From positions 5,518,001 to 5,582,000 of the forward strand of contig OZ176055.1 of assembly GCA_964247055.1 (NCBI GenBank): 64,000 nucleotides of DNA, in the 5' to 3' direction. The position numbers and the translations under genes are program-made. Of this stretch, positions 51,001 to 64,000 are shown one piece after another (positions within the stretch are counted from its first letter, which is position 1; every line of letters starts with the position of its first letter). This DNA is from Paragordius varius. Taxonomy: Eukaryota > Animalia > Nematomorpha. The notes under the pieces were generated by a model. That model was not told the origin of the DNA. It made no database searches and was given only the letters and a program-made list of their open reading frames with translations.

Positions 51001-54000
51001 CACACTCAATTTACGACCTCGAGAAGCATTGGGTTCAATCAAATTTGTGTGGTGTGAATGTTTATTAGCAGCAGGCAAAATGCGTGGGAGTGTGGATATG
51101 TGATGGTTTGTCGGCATAATATAATAATTCTCTTGAGCTATATTGCTCTTCTTTGCTCCATCATTTGAGAGATTAAGGTGGGATTTATTTAATGCCACAT
51201 TGTTTGAGGGTTTAAACGTGGAACATAAATTAACGGGTTCCGCATTACTGGAAATAAAAATGGTAATTAAAATAGTATGTAAAGGCGGTATTTCAAGTGA
51301 AATAGCATGTGATAAAAATTTAAGATTCTAATTGTTATTTAATTAGTACGACTTTTTTTCAATCAAACTCAACACATTTTCAATCTCAACTCTAAGATAA
51401 TTTTACAAAAAACCAAAAAAGTATCAATGGGCCTATCAAGGTTCAAATTTCATTTCGTTAAATAAATTATATACAACCTTAACATCTCATCATTGCATTG
51501 ATCAGCCTGGTAAGTTGGTGAATGATTAACATTGTTTTGCGCACTAATTCCATTTTCATTTGGAATTCTGAGAAAAAGTGAATTTCTCCGTTTGATAGTT
51601 ATACGTTTTCTTCGTCCACCAGGAGTGGTTGGCCCCAACGTTGCATAGGAGTTCGTGCCAATTCCATGATTATAAGCGGCTGAACGAAAACTTGACAGTT
51701 TGGGTGATCCTGATTTATTGATGAAATAAAGTAAGACATTAATTCAATAGTATAATTTACACTACATGACAAACTTTTATCAATTGTAACTATAATTAAA
51801 TAAATCGGAAAAATATAATGTTTTGGAGGCGCTCAATAAGGTAGGGCATTTTGACTAAGTATTCTATCCATAAAATGCATTTAAATATAAGAGAATTTAT
51901 GCATTATGAATAAATTAGATAAAACTGATAGAAATAAAAAATTTATAATAATTAAAATGGGTTTTTTGATCAATTTATATATTTAAACATCAATTTTTCT
52001 TAAAGCGGTTGTGTGACAATTAAACCGGTCAAAAACTTGAAATAAAATTTGTTAGTTTTTTAAGTAGTATCAAATAATGCGATTAAAATATTTAAATAAG
52101 AACCTCTATCAAATAAAACTGTAGTATATTGCGTAGCAGGTGAACTTATATCATCTATCATCATTTTTGATGATTTTGCCCAATTATTTCTGTTGCTAAC
52201 GTTCCCATTCATATTGATGGGTTTATTGTAAATGCTGTTGGAAGCAAACGAAGGTGTTCCATTATTATTATTGCTATTTTCATCTTGCATAGAAGAAGGC
52301 ATCAATATAAAATTGCTATTTATTTTATTATTCGTTTCATGTGTCATGAAAGTCGTTGTTTGACTGAACACTTGATTATCGGAGTTTGGTTCAATCAAAC
52401 CAGCGTCACAATCAACGATATCATTATGGTTTAAAGCATCATTCGTCATGCTAAAACGAAACGAAAAAATAGATTATAATTTTTTGTAGCAAAATATTCA
52501 TTGGAAATTAAGAGATGATTTCACATTATCATTGTTAAATATAAAAAAATATTGGCTATGAATGAGAATATATTATTTCGAGTTAATTCTTTAACTTCTT
52601 TATCATTTTTATTATAACCAATTTAAATTGTAACAATGCCCTAAACAGAAAACGACACATCGTACGATATTGCGACTCTCCTAATGCCGAGTCAAATCTA
52701 ATTTCGATGTTTGAAAGTATTTAACATTTTAAATCTATATATATGATGAAACAAAATTTTCTCTCTCATAATGGCATTGTAAAATGTTATCGTTATATGA
52801 ATAATTAAAAAAGACTCGACCAAATTCTCAACCTTAAAAAATATATTTGTGAGTTAGTTGACATCTCAAATTATTTTTTTATATAGATACTTTGTTGTTC
52901 CATTCGGTGTTGTATGAGATGTTTGATAATTGTTGATATTTGCCGTTGAAAGATTATAACCGTTCTTTAGCACATTTAGAAATTGTAACGGTGAAGCGTC
53001 ATTGTATGTTTGACTTGGTCCATTTTTTACCATAGATTTTCTCGATTTGTCTACATTTGTAATAAAAATTTATTTTTATTTTAATTTATTACTCTGTTCG
53101 AAAATTAGATAAGTTATCTGATAAATTTTTTAAAAAGATAAAAATCAACAGCAGATGAAATCAAGTTTAAAGCTATATCGTTAACGTGACTATTTAACTC
53201 TAAATCATTTGGTAAAAACATTTTTACCTTTATGAAAAATTTTATTCCACAAAGATTTTTTCCCATAACCCAAATCGTTGTTTTTGAAGTTGTTATTGGT
53301 AATGGGGTCAAGCATAAGCAAAGATCTGTGAACATCATCACCTGTTAACGCATATTTAATGTAAATAAAATAAAATGAATGTTGTATATGTTAAAAAATT
53401 ATTTTAGTTTTCCAAAATAATTTTGTCCATGTAAGATAAACTAGAATATATTGCCAAGATTTTAATAAAACGCAAGATCGACAAAATTTAACACAAAAAA
53501 CAAACCCATATTTTGGGCAGCCTTATCATACAAAAGCGTAGCTGTAACATCTTTACCACCATTTTCCATGCTTGAGAAATTATTAGTATGGTTCTCATTA
53601 AAATATTGCAAATTCTCAGGGTGGCCCCCAAACGCAGTCAAGGCTGCCACCTTATTGCGTTCTTTATCGCGTTTGTAGGCTTTGAGTTTTGCACGGCGAT
53701 TTTTGTAACAAGCCAAACTAGTAGCAAACAGTATGATAGATAAGCAGGCTAAAGTTATACCCACAACTATGAAAAATAAGCGTCGAGACGTTTTTCCTTC
53801 CGACATAACAGAGGGATTTATAACAGGATGTTGAGAGATAATATATGGACCTTGTCCTTGTTTTGCATCCATATGGGTATAGTGGAAATTGTATGGATTG
53901 GGTTCATTAATGCGCGTTTTATCGAGGATAAAATCCATCGGGGGTGGATTTGCTAAATGAGAATGTTGAGCAATATGCTCTGGACTCATAATTCCACTAG

Positions 54001-57000
54001 TGGATAGTAGTAGTTCTAAAGAGATTTGTAACATACAATATAGTTAAACATTGTAATTTGGTAAATTACAAAACTATATTTTAGCATTAATGAATGCTTA
54101 AATTCCGAGAAATAATGTTTTCTGTTTACATGTAAGTTTTATTTACCTCTTTATATTGGTTTGTAATATTTTTATTTAGATACATATATAGTTAAGTGTA
54201 GCTTATAAAAAAATATTTATGAATTCCAACAAGTGTGTAAAAACGAAGAAAAAATTATTAGTTTTGACAAACCATTATAATTAAACTATAAAAGAACATA
54301 AAATATTAATTAATACTTTTCATATCCACATATTTGGGATTACTGAGTGAACTTTCAAGCATATCAATCTCCAGTGGTGTTTGCAAATATGCCGATTCTC
54401 TTTTAAACACCATATGCGATTGGAGGAATGACCTTTTATATCGAGGTGAATTAATTGTGTCCTCTCCCCCAACAAGATTACTATTTCGTTTTTGCAAAAG
54501 TGATGAAACATTACTTCGATCCAAAAGGGTTAGTAGATCAGAAAACGTTATACCACACGTGAGATTAGGCATAAGGGAATGGGCATTTTGCAGACTTAAA
54601 AGGAGTGTTGAAATGCGTACCTCAAAACGGGACACTTCGGCCGGAAATATCCAATCTAACGTGGTGTTTTCATCTAAAAACGAACGCAAATTATGTTAAA
54701 TTAAATTTTTTGTTAAAGATACGCGATGATTAAATGGTTTATATCACGTATAAAATAATATTATTAAATTAGAATATTTCAACAAAACAATCTTAAATAG
54801 AATTTATAAACAAAAAATTGACGGCAATCAACCTTGTTAAAAATTTAAAATAATACTCAATTTTTTCTTAGGATTTGTAGGTGGAAAAAATATTTCACGT
54901 TTAAGTAGGGAAACAATGTTTTCAAAATGCACAATATGATCCAAGCTACCACTACTATCATTTTTGGCAACGTAAATATTGTTATCATTCGGAGATATAA
55001 TTAAAGATGCAGCAAAAAGATCAAATGGCTGCGTTTTGTGATACGCTATAACCGAACCAGCGGGCCGAAAATATATGCGGAAACCAATTTTAGTTAAAGT
55101 AGAAGACGGTAAAAGTTTTTCTTGCCTTGTCGAATTATATTCGTATGTTACAGGCAGAAATCTTTTATTCTTGATACTATTTTCTTTATGACTTTTTTTG
55201 TAAGTCATTGATTGGCTATTGTCATTTGCAGCACATTGCGTTTCCATTAACCGGAGTTGCGTTAAGTTTAATCGAGTATCACTAAACTGTCATAAATGAA
55301 TAAATAAATATAATCTATATATTTATAAAAATAATCATAAAATTGAAGTTTTGGTTAAAATTAAGATTATGAAGACAATTGCAGGTAAACTAAAAGGCTA
55401 GATTTTTTTTATAAGAAAACTTATTTTTAAGATTTTTTAGATCACCATTTTTGATAAAAAGAGACACTCAATTTTTTATTTGGCTGGCAACTTTAATCAT
55501 ATACGGATAGAAAAATAAGGATAAAAAAATATGGTTTTTTATTTTAAAATATATGTTTTTTACTTTTGTGTTTTGTCTTTATAAGTTTAATGTTTACAGT
55601 ATAAAAATACATAAAAAGCTTATTTTATAAAATACATCAAATACCATGGCGTGCACATAAAATGCTGTGTTGTTGATAGGTTTAACATCCAATATAATTG
55701 GTGGATGTGGTTTACTAAATTCAAGGTTTGATGCTACGGCAGAGTATGGTGAAACATTATCGTCTAGATCTTCTTTTGATTCTTTTGATAATAAAGAATT
55801 TTTAATGGGTATATTTTGGCCTGGAGTTACGCCATTGAATGAAAATCGCAATGGTTTCATACGATATTTGGCTGCTACACCGTGTCTATTATCATAATTG
55901 GTATAAACGGCGGCAATGCGAAATTTATAAATTCCAACAGGATTTAGTTCCTCAACTCTTACATATCTAAATATATATATATATATAATAAGATAGTTAG
56001 ATGCGTTAAGAAAAAATATATTTATTTTCAAAATTTTTGGAAATAATATTTTAAATATAATAAACCTTTGATCAGCTGGAATTTGACCGTCTTGAGTTTT
56101 CCATTCTCGATCGAAGCCATACAACTGACGGTATTGTACCTTTATGAAAATAATTAACATATAATATCAATCATGTCATAAGCACGCTTGGGAATATAAA
56201 ATATTGAATTGAATTTAATTGATTGGGCCATTCAGATAACTTTTGAATTTAATATGTTTGACAAAATTAAAGACAAAAAATAGGCAGATTATAAAATTAA
56301 TAATTACTCTAAAGTAAAAATATGCACAAAATATAAGTAACACTTTATACCTTAAAAAACCATACTGGAACACTTGACAAACTTAAAGTCGGATTGTCTG
56401 GAACATTCCATTTAACCAAGACAGAATTATTAGATTCCTGAACGATTGAAGGTTTAGATGGTGGAATCATTATATTCGCGTCTTTGCTAACTTCTACCTT
56501 TCCATGCGCATACATTGTAGTAGATATTTCTAATTGAGATGCATTTTGTGTATATAAATTAGTTTGTTCGAATGCGTTGTGTATAACAGTTTGGGGTCTC
56601 AGAAATGGAGTCAGTGATGTTTGGTAAAACACTAATATAGATCATTAATAAAATAATTTATGTTAAAACCCTTTTGATCATCTTTAAAATATATTAAATA
56701 TGTATCTCTTGATTGGGATAATATTCAAAGGGTATTGGAATTTTTCAACAAAAATAAAATGCTAAACTGCTTACTTGAGGAAAGAGCCATACTATTTGTG
56801 TAGTTTAATTGAGTGTTGCCTGCTATTATCGGGCCCAGACTTGGGTTTACGTCGCTAGTCTCCTCGTCATAAAAATCGGTTGAATGTGTCACAAATTGTA
56901 TGTTATCAATCATCAAATCTTGTTCAATTTTGTTATTAACGGTTTGTTGGCCCGTGCCAAAATGTAAGTTAAACGGATCGACAATACCAATTGGTGTGGT

Positions 57001-60000
57001 ATGAATATTAGAGTCAATGTCCATTGTCAACTCTTTTCCCTGTCGTTTTTCAATGTGAGTTACACTTTTATTAGCAGTAGGGAACGGTTGTGGTTCCATT
57101 TTAGTGGTATATGATAAATCTGATGTTGTAGTCCCAGCAGTCGATGAGTGTGTAGTAAAAAATGGTAAATCGACTACATTAATTCGAGCTGAAGCGGTTA
57201 AAGATTTGATCGCTTGGGATGGGGAAGTTAAGAGATCCGAGGAGGCGGCGAGAAAAACCGGGTTTTCACTCACAACACATGTATACTTTCCGGTATCTGA
57301 TTCTGTGGCCCCTTGAACCACTAAACGTGATCGTAGCAAATATTGTTGTAGATTATTTTGCTTACCTTGGGATGATTCCAACTTATGATTATTTTTTTCG
57401 ATAACTTTTGGATCCATTTCCAATGAGCCAGCAAATGACGAAAGAATGTCATTTTCATCGTTTTTAACATTGACATCCTTTTTTACACGCTCAATATCCT
57501 TAATTTCAATCCGACCCGATTGCCAAGCCTGAAAATTGTACAAGATATTTCTCCCATCCTTGAACCATGTAAACGTTACGGGACTTGGTAGCAGCATAGC
57601 AGACGCAGGGGCTTGAAAAATTGAAGCGTTCATTTGCGAAGAAAATGGATCAATGGTAGAACATTCAAGTGTAAAAGGGTGTCCTACCGTAATTGTTGCA
57701 TCCGTTGGCCCAATAATGTTGATGGGTACTTCCTGGTCTAATGCATGTAAGGGATGTTGATCACCCAAAGTTTGACTACTCTTCAAACTTTCCTCGACTC
57801 TGTTAAGCGAATAGGACATGGTAGTGTAAAGGGGTGTAGTAGTTTCATCATTAGTTTGTATGAATGTTTTAGTGGTTTTGTAAGTTATTACTTTATTAAA
57901 ATGCGGTAATTGGTTTTTATCCTCAGTAATTAAACGTGAACGTTTATGATTTTTTCCGATAATGAATGGATTTTTGGTTAGAGTATTGGTTGTATTAGAT
58001 GTTTGATTTGCGCTAAAGTCTGAAAATATATGAGAGGCGAACCCATATTCAGATTGAAATAGGCATTGAATAATAAGCGGTGGTTTAGATTTATCAACCA
58101 AAAACCTTGAGGTTATTATGTATGAAATCAGATTTGCATTTTCTTGTTTCTTTATGTCGTTTTGCATTTTAGCCAATTTATTTTTATGGTCTATAATGTC
58201 ACCGTCTTTATACCAGACAATAGCGTTAGAAAATTCATTAGTTTTTGGAATATTTTGCCATAAAGGGGGACCCAAATTATTTGACAAAATTTTTGTTTTA
58301 TTTAAAATGAAATCACAAGCATATTGAGTATAATTTTTTTCATTGTTTGGTAACACATAATCAGAATCGATGCTAGAATCAAGAAATCCCACCTTATATT
58401 GAGGTGAATAGTAATAAGTGACTTTAACAAGATTGTTTTCTGAATTATATTCATCATGCGGTGGGTAACATTCTACGGTATTCTGCGTGTAATTTTCTGA
58501 TAAAATCCAATTTTTAAAACATGGACTATGTATATTACTTTTCAAAGCAAATCGCTCGACGTTTCCATTACCATTATGTATGATATGTAAATTTGTACTT
58601 GATAATATCGTATTACTTGCATGATCAAGTAATTGGCGCATATCAAGTTCATCCGTCACGAATCGAAGGTTATACTTTCCAGATTTTCGCATTTTACCTA
58701 AAATAAGGTTTTTGGTATAACATTGGTATGTGCCAGCATCTGTCGCCTCTAAATTATAAAAAAGAGCACCCCCATTTTCAGCCAAAACAGACGGGAATGA
58801 ATCAATTTTAACTGACAAATGGGCAACGCTTGAATTTTTGGAGGATGAAGCAAAATAAGGTAAAGTAATATAGTTTTGCGTGGAATATGATTTAGCATCA
58901 TGTGAATCTCCGTAATCATCGCTATTATCATTTTCATTGTTGGCAAATTCTCCAAAGGATTTCCGTTTAATAATGAGTTGCGTTTCCGAGGCAGGGGCTG
59001 ATTGTACATAAGCGCAGGGCAAGAACAATGATTCGCCTTTTCGAAAGTAAGCATTTCGTATTGGATTATTTCCTGGATTAATTTCAACAGGTCTAAGCTG
59101 AATGGTTGGTCCGATAATTGCACCATGAACATGCAATGATTTGCAGCCATCTTTGTTTTGTGTATTGTCAGACGGTAGTTTCCAGGAGACATAACAAGTG
59201 TAGCTCCCTGTATAAACATAAGCAGAGTAATATAAAACGATTAGTAAAAAGTTATAAAAAGATATCCATAATAAAAAATAACTTATTAAAGGGTCGTAAA
59301 AACCTATCATTTATTTCTTGAACCTAAAGAATGCTATTCAAATAAATCCTTTAGCCTGTCGTAATTCCTTGAGTTTTTCATTATTTTTAACTGTTTAAAT
59401 GCTTTTTCACTGGTCAAAAAATAATAACCAATCTCCGCTTAATCTTTCACTGTAATATCAGACAATAAACTCTGAGGCAAATATATGATGTATTTAAATA
59501 TTAAATAACCCACAAGCTATGAATAATATTTTTATACCAGAATGCTTATTCCTCCGAAAGGCTGGTATCACATGATTCATTTTCCAATCTTTGATCCATT
59601 CATCTTTAGTTCCTATGTCATCGTTTAGACTTAAATTATGGGTTCTGACACTTGTTGGGATTTTAACATTGTTATGGCTCCAATATGATGCAAATATGAT
59701 TCGATCTAGTTTAATCTTTCCACGATTTATAAGTGTTATTAAGTCATTGAATAAATTTGGTCCAGGAACAGGACATTCTTCTAATTGGACCTTATCATGC
59801 GCTTTGATATATTGCGCCCTAGCCAAGGTTTCATAATGATTATCACGTAATTTGGTATTAAAACTATTCGTTATTGCAACATTAATGTGGTGACATGGTT
59901 CTGTAATATCTGTATGTAAAAAATAGATATATTGGGTTATATTATTAATTTAGGAGTAAAACTTTCTATTATGTGATTCGGTACAACAAAAAATCTTTAA

Positions 60001-62363
60001 TATTTATAAGTAAAAATTAGACTTCAACTAGCTAATTAATAACACCCTAAAACTCGATTTAGGCGAGATAAACGCCGAATAGCTGTAAACTTGTTCTTTT
60101 TAACCCTATAATTTAAAGAAGTAATCCTTGGTATGTAGTTTAAATTAGCTGTAGATGATCTCCGCTTAAAAATACAAAACATTACCCCAATATAGGAATG
60201 TTTTTTATATATGAGCCATGATTATTTTTATTAAAACTGAAGGTAATGTTATATATTTTAGAAAACCCAAGCACACTTTTTTATGTTAAAAAAATAACGG
60301 GTACCAATATGTTAATGTACCTCGCTGCTAATATTTTTTGCGAAAAATGTTTGATAAAATTTGCTTTAAATGAATATTGTATGCAGAAGAAGCAAGGAAG
60401 CTACAACATTTTTTCCTGAAGCCTAAAGCCTTAACATATAAGCACATCTATTATTTATATATTTACCATATTTCCTTTTAAGTGTATTTATTAAAAAAAC
60501 ATACATTGATTTTTATGTTAATGTACATATAAAATATGTTTTTTTGTATTAACAAGTGTGTCTTATAAAAATGATGCATAGAGGTATAAAAAAATTTACC
60601 ATAAAAAATATCTGTTAAATGTGTTACGTTTTACCATTGATTTATTTTAGCAAGAAAAAAATATTTTAATTAAAAATATACAGGAAGAATTTATGTTTTA
60701 TAAAAATTATAATATCGTTAAATTTCTCAATAACATATATGGTAGCTAAGTATGATTTTAATTTTCCAATCCTTCCTACCAATATTATAAATACAGTAGC
60801 GTATGGTAAAAAACAACAAATGATTGAAATTAAACAATTTTTTCCTATCTTTTAATCATTGATGTCGTTTATATGATTATGGACAAATTTTTTTATATCT
60901 AAGTTATTGTATATTTCCTGGCCCATTAAGGTTTGTAATAAGTTATGATTACAGTATGCATTTTTCATACACTACTGTGTTGCGAATTGCCCAACTATAG
61001 TGTAAAATAAGCGTCCATTAAATGTACTGTATGTCTTTTAGATAATTTAATCAATTTGTGTGGATGACTACACTTAAAATTTTATCAAATAATAATTTAA
61101 TGAAAACCTTAAAAATAAATTAATAAATGGATTAAATGTCATGTACGTTGTCACTTAAAAATAAAAAGTTCAAATTTTTTAACGTATTTTGGAAGGAGCA
61201 TTTTTTTCATTTTAGACATAATCCATATGGGATTACATTTTTGTATGGAGAAACAAGAAAAACCAATAATGATAACATAAAATATTTTTTTAATCTTAAT
61301 GCTATATAACCTAGGATTAAATTTCATCTTTCCCATTTTTTCCACGTGAATAAACACTGCTCAAAAGATCAATTAACTAAAACTATAAAATCAAAGCACC
61401 TATTTTTATATATGCCTAGTTTTATGGGTTACTATGGACATTATTTAAAATAAATTTTTAAAAGTTTTATATTCTCAAGCCTTCTTTGCTATGTTAGTCT
61501 CAACAAGAGATTTTATGTATTATTTATCCATTTAAAGATTAAATCTGTTCAAAAAGAGACATGTATTTAATAGTACAAGGCTGGAACCATTTTGAAATCG
61601 TTAATGTATCAGGATTTCCTCTAAGGCAAGTGATATACATATATAAGATTTAAGAGGTTTATCACCTATCACTATTTTTCTTTCTATAAATATCTAAAGT
61701 GTGTTTAAGAAAAGGACAATGCCCGCACAGAGCAACTGTGGCCTAACTTAAAAGTTTTACGTCTGCACTTATTACCATATATATTAAAAAATAAAATAGT
61801 GTTTTTCAGTCATTGTGCCTGCCTAATGTCTAATGCGCTTACGTGAAAATTACAGTATGCACATTTATGTTGGCCATTAGATAATACAGTAGCGTATGAT
61901 ATAAAACACATTTTGTCCATAAATTAATAACAAATTTAATGTTGCAATATAGATTAAGTTAATTTCAACCATTTGTCGTATTTAACCCATAAGCTACTGT
62001 ATTGATAATTGGCCAAAAATAATGTGAATTGGGTAATTTATAAATGCGCTCACTTAAAAAAAAACTTAAAAAAAAGAGTCAAAAGTATTTAATAACCTTA
62101 AAGTTTTGTTTTCCATAGATTATATATATTAAAATTAATCGTAAATATTCAAAATATTTATTTGAATTACCTATTGAAATGGTGGTTGTAGAATCCGTCG
62201 TTTCTGATTTAGCCGCATAAGCCAAATTAATGATTGATAGAAAACATATAATCTTTAAATACCATGGAATAATTTCTTTTGTAAGCCACATGGTATATAC
62301 AGATGGGTTAATTGGTAAATATCCAAATGTTATGTGTCGGTATATGTGCCTATGTATGGACAT
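48040..62363 (-). CDS. ihog: Ig/FN3 Hedgehog co-receptor, ihog/boi (CDON/BOC family)-like; multi-exon
   Basis: Signal peptide in exon ending 62171; exons 59909-59538 and 59207-56775 with Ig motifs HS|GSYTC, DAGTYQC, LEC..WFKDG..DTGKYTC; FN3 PPSKPSIVQESNNSVLVKWNVP..FFK|VQYR..WKT..YKFRIAAVYTNYDN resembles ihog FN1; second FN3 follows; TM LFFIVVGITLACLSIILFATSLAC (~53760-53700). Cytoplasmic exons and the last exon (48149-48040) are inferred. Confidence 0.75.
60794..60977. mobile_element. TA-flanked MITE (CAGTAGCGTATG family)
   Basis: TA|CAGTAGCGTATG ... CATACACTACTG|TG. Confidence 0.65.
61887..61999. mobile_element. TA-flanked MITE (CAGTAGCGTATG family)
   Basis: TA|CAGTAGCGTATG ... CATAAGCTACTG|TA. 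Confidence 0.75.
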
Positions 62364-63275
62364 TAAGGAATTATTAAGAATAAAATAAGGTAACTAATGC
62401 ATCTTGTATATATTAGCTAACATATTGAACACAATCGAATAATTCAATATTTGAAAGGCAGACCAACAATTATTAAAAATTCGGATAGTAATCAAATTTT
62501 TTTATATTATTTGATAAAAAATTTGTTAATAATAATAATAATTAGACAAGAATGATGACTGACCAAAAATCCGTATATAAATGACAATTTAATAAAACAA
62601 TGAAATGTATGAAAAGAGTAGACAATAATATGAGGTTTTGTTTCAAAAAATTAATTTAAAGAAATTACTTTTGAAAAAAACAAGTACCCTATATATTAAA
62701 AAACCTAATTCCGATGAAAAATTCTAAAGACGAGAGTACATTAATATATATATTATTTATAAAGCTCCATTGCTACACGCTAGAAAGATATATATTATAA
62801 AGAAAAAAAAATTTTATGATATGGGAAACTTTTAATATCGCAAACTCTATCAGTTTTTTGTGTTTTTCTGAAATTAAAAGTTTAGTCAGACACTTTGGAT
62901 TAGAACAGACAAACAAATTATGAATAAATTATATTTCTTATTTTTGGTCCCTAAACTCAAGAAATATATCTACAGGTAAAAAATATTTTGAAAATATCAT
63001 TAATAATTGAGTTAGATATTAAAAAAGTTTACAATATAATCTTGAATTTAACATTATATATAACTTATGATTTATATAACCACAATCCCAGATGGTTTAA
63101 TCACTATATTTTTGTTAGTTCAAAACTGCTGAGCTTATTTTATAAAAAAGCAAGGTTCATTTTTTAAAAGTACTTTTTATGGATGCCTAATTTTTTCAAA
63201 AAAACTGAGGAAAATATGGAATTTCAATTACAATTTAAATTTTTTAAAAGGCAATGAAAATTAAGTTTATAAGTA

Positions 63276-63391
63276 CAGTACCGTGTGGTAACAAATAACA
63301 AATGGTTTAAATTGAACATCTTTTCCCTTTGTTTAAAATTAATTTTGTATATTTAATTATGGACAAACTTATTTTATGCCATACGCTACTG
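63276..63391. mobile_element. TA-flanked MITE (CAGTAGCGTATG family), degenerate
   Basis: TA|CAGTACCGTGTGG ... CCATACGCTACTG; right flank is not TA. Confidence 0.6.
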
Positions 63392-63604
63392 GTTATAACA
63401 CTTTATCATAATCACCATATGGGAAAGATAGATTTTTTGGCTTGTCTTAAAAACCACAATTATTAATCAATCAAAAATTTATTACAACATAATTAATCCT
63501 TATAAAAAAAAATAAAAAATTAATGTCCATAAAAGATCTTAGAAAAAAAGTTTAATTTTTATTTTGTAAAAACTTTTTTCAAGTTTTTGATTGATATACA
63601 TATA

Positions 63605-63766
63605 CAGTAGCGTATGCAGTAAAAGATTGTTAGTGCAAAATAATCTTAATAGGGGGATATTATGGATATGTTTATAAATAGGACTTTAATATATGAAAAT
63701 TGTACCCCTGTTTTGTGTTCGTTAAGATTATTTTGCACTAACAATCTTTTACTGCATACGCCACTG
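63605..63766. mobile_element. MITE with ~45-bp TIRs and TA TSD (Tc1/mariner-type signature)
   Basis: TA|CAGTAGCGTATGCAGTAAAAGATTGTTAGTGCAAAATAATCTTAA ... TTAAGATTATTTTGCACTAACAATCTTTTACTGCATACGCCACTG|TA, one mismatch. Confidence 0.9.
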
Positions 63767-63844
63767 TATGGTGATGAGTGATTATATTTTTCTAATCTGA
63801 TCTTAAGTAAAAAGTGGCGACATACAAAGTTGTTTATAGTTATA

Positions 63845-64000
63845 CAGTAGCGTATGGCATAAAACATTATTAGCCCTATAAAAGAATAAAAAAATGTTTT
63901 TTTTAAAAAAACAAGCCTAGTTGCATAGACACATGTCCATAATATCCCCTTGTTTTCAAATAAAAAACATTTTTTTATTCTTTTATGGACTAATATTTTT
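63845..64000. mobile_element. TA-flanked MITE left end (right end not seen in the window)
   Basis: TA|CAGTAGCGTATGGCATAAAAC; internal TGTCCATAA motif shared with other copies. Confidence 0.5.

Noticed and set aside
59517-59537. 21-nt GT-AG candidate intron in the ihog-like gene
   Set aside because: It leads to a stop six codons later; splicing to 59207 instead restores the HSGSYTC Ig motif.
61887-63391. TIR pair capturing the ihog-like signal-peptide exon (Pack-type element)
   Set aside because: Each end pairs with its own nearby partner (61999 and 63276), so these are separate small MITEs.

Overview
AT-rich, intron-containing animal DNA, probably a protostome invertebrate (the Hedgehog co-receptor FN3 domains look ihog/boi-like); the species cannot be fixed from this window. 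Seven spliced protein genes were reconstructed by hand: a THIK-type K2P channel (+), an enoyl-CoA hydratase-family gene (-) head-to-head with transportin-1 (+, 20 exons), PPCS (-) head-to-head with LTV1 (+), an EGF/SEA membrane protein (-) and an ihog/CDON-like Ig-FN3 receptor (-). There is also one tRNA-Thr(TGT). Transposons are abundant: three decayed copies of one hAT family with 8-bp TSDs, a second hAT family nested inside the TIR of the third copy, Buster-like and TA-flanked MITEs, two non-autonomous Helitrons, an inverted Penelope-like relic and a ~170-bp tandem array. The most striking signal is a discrete class of 21-24 nt GT-AG introns (7 cases; 6 are forced by frame or an in-frame stop). 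All lie within 300 nt of the start codons of the two very tightly packed divergent housekeeping pairs (start codons 50 and ~116 nt apart), while every other intron I could resolve is 43 nt or longer. Protein identities come from remembered family motifs, not database searches.
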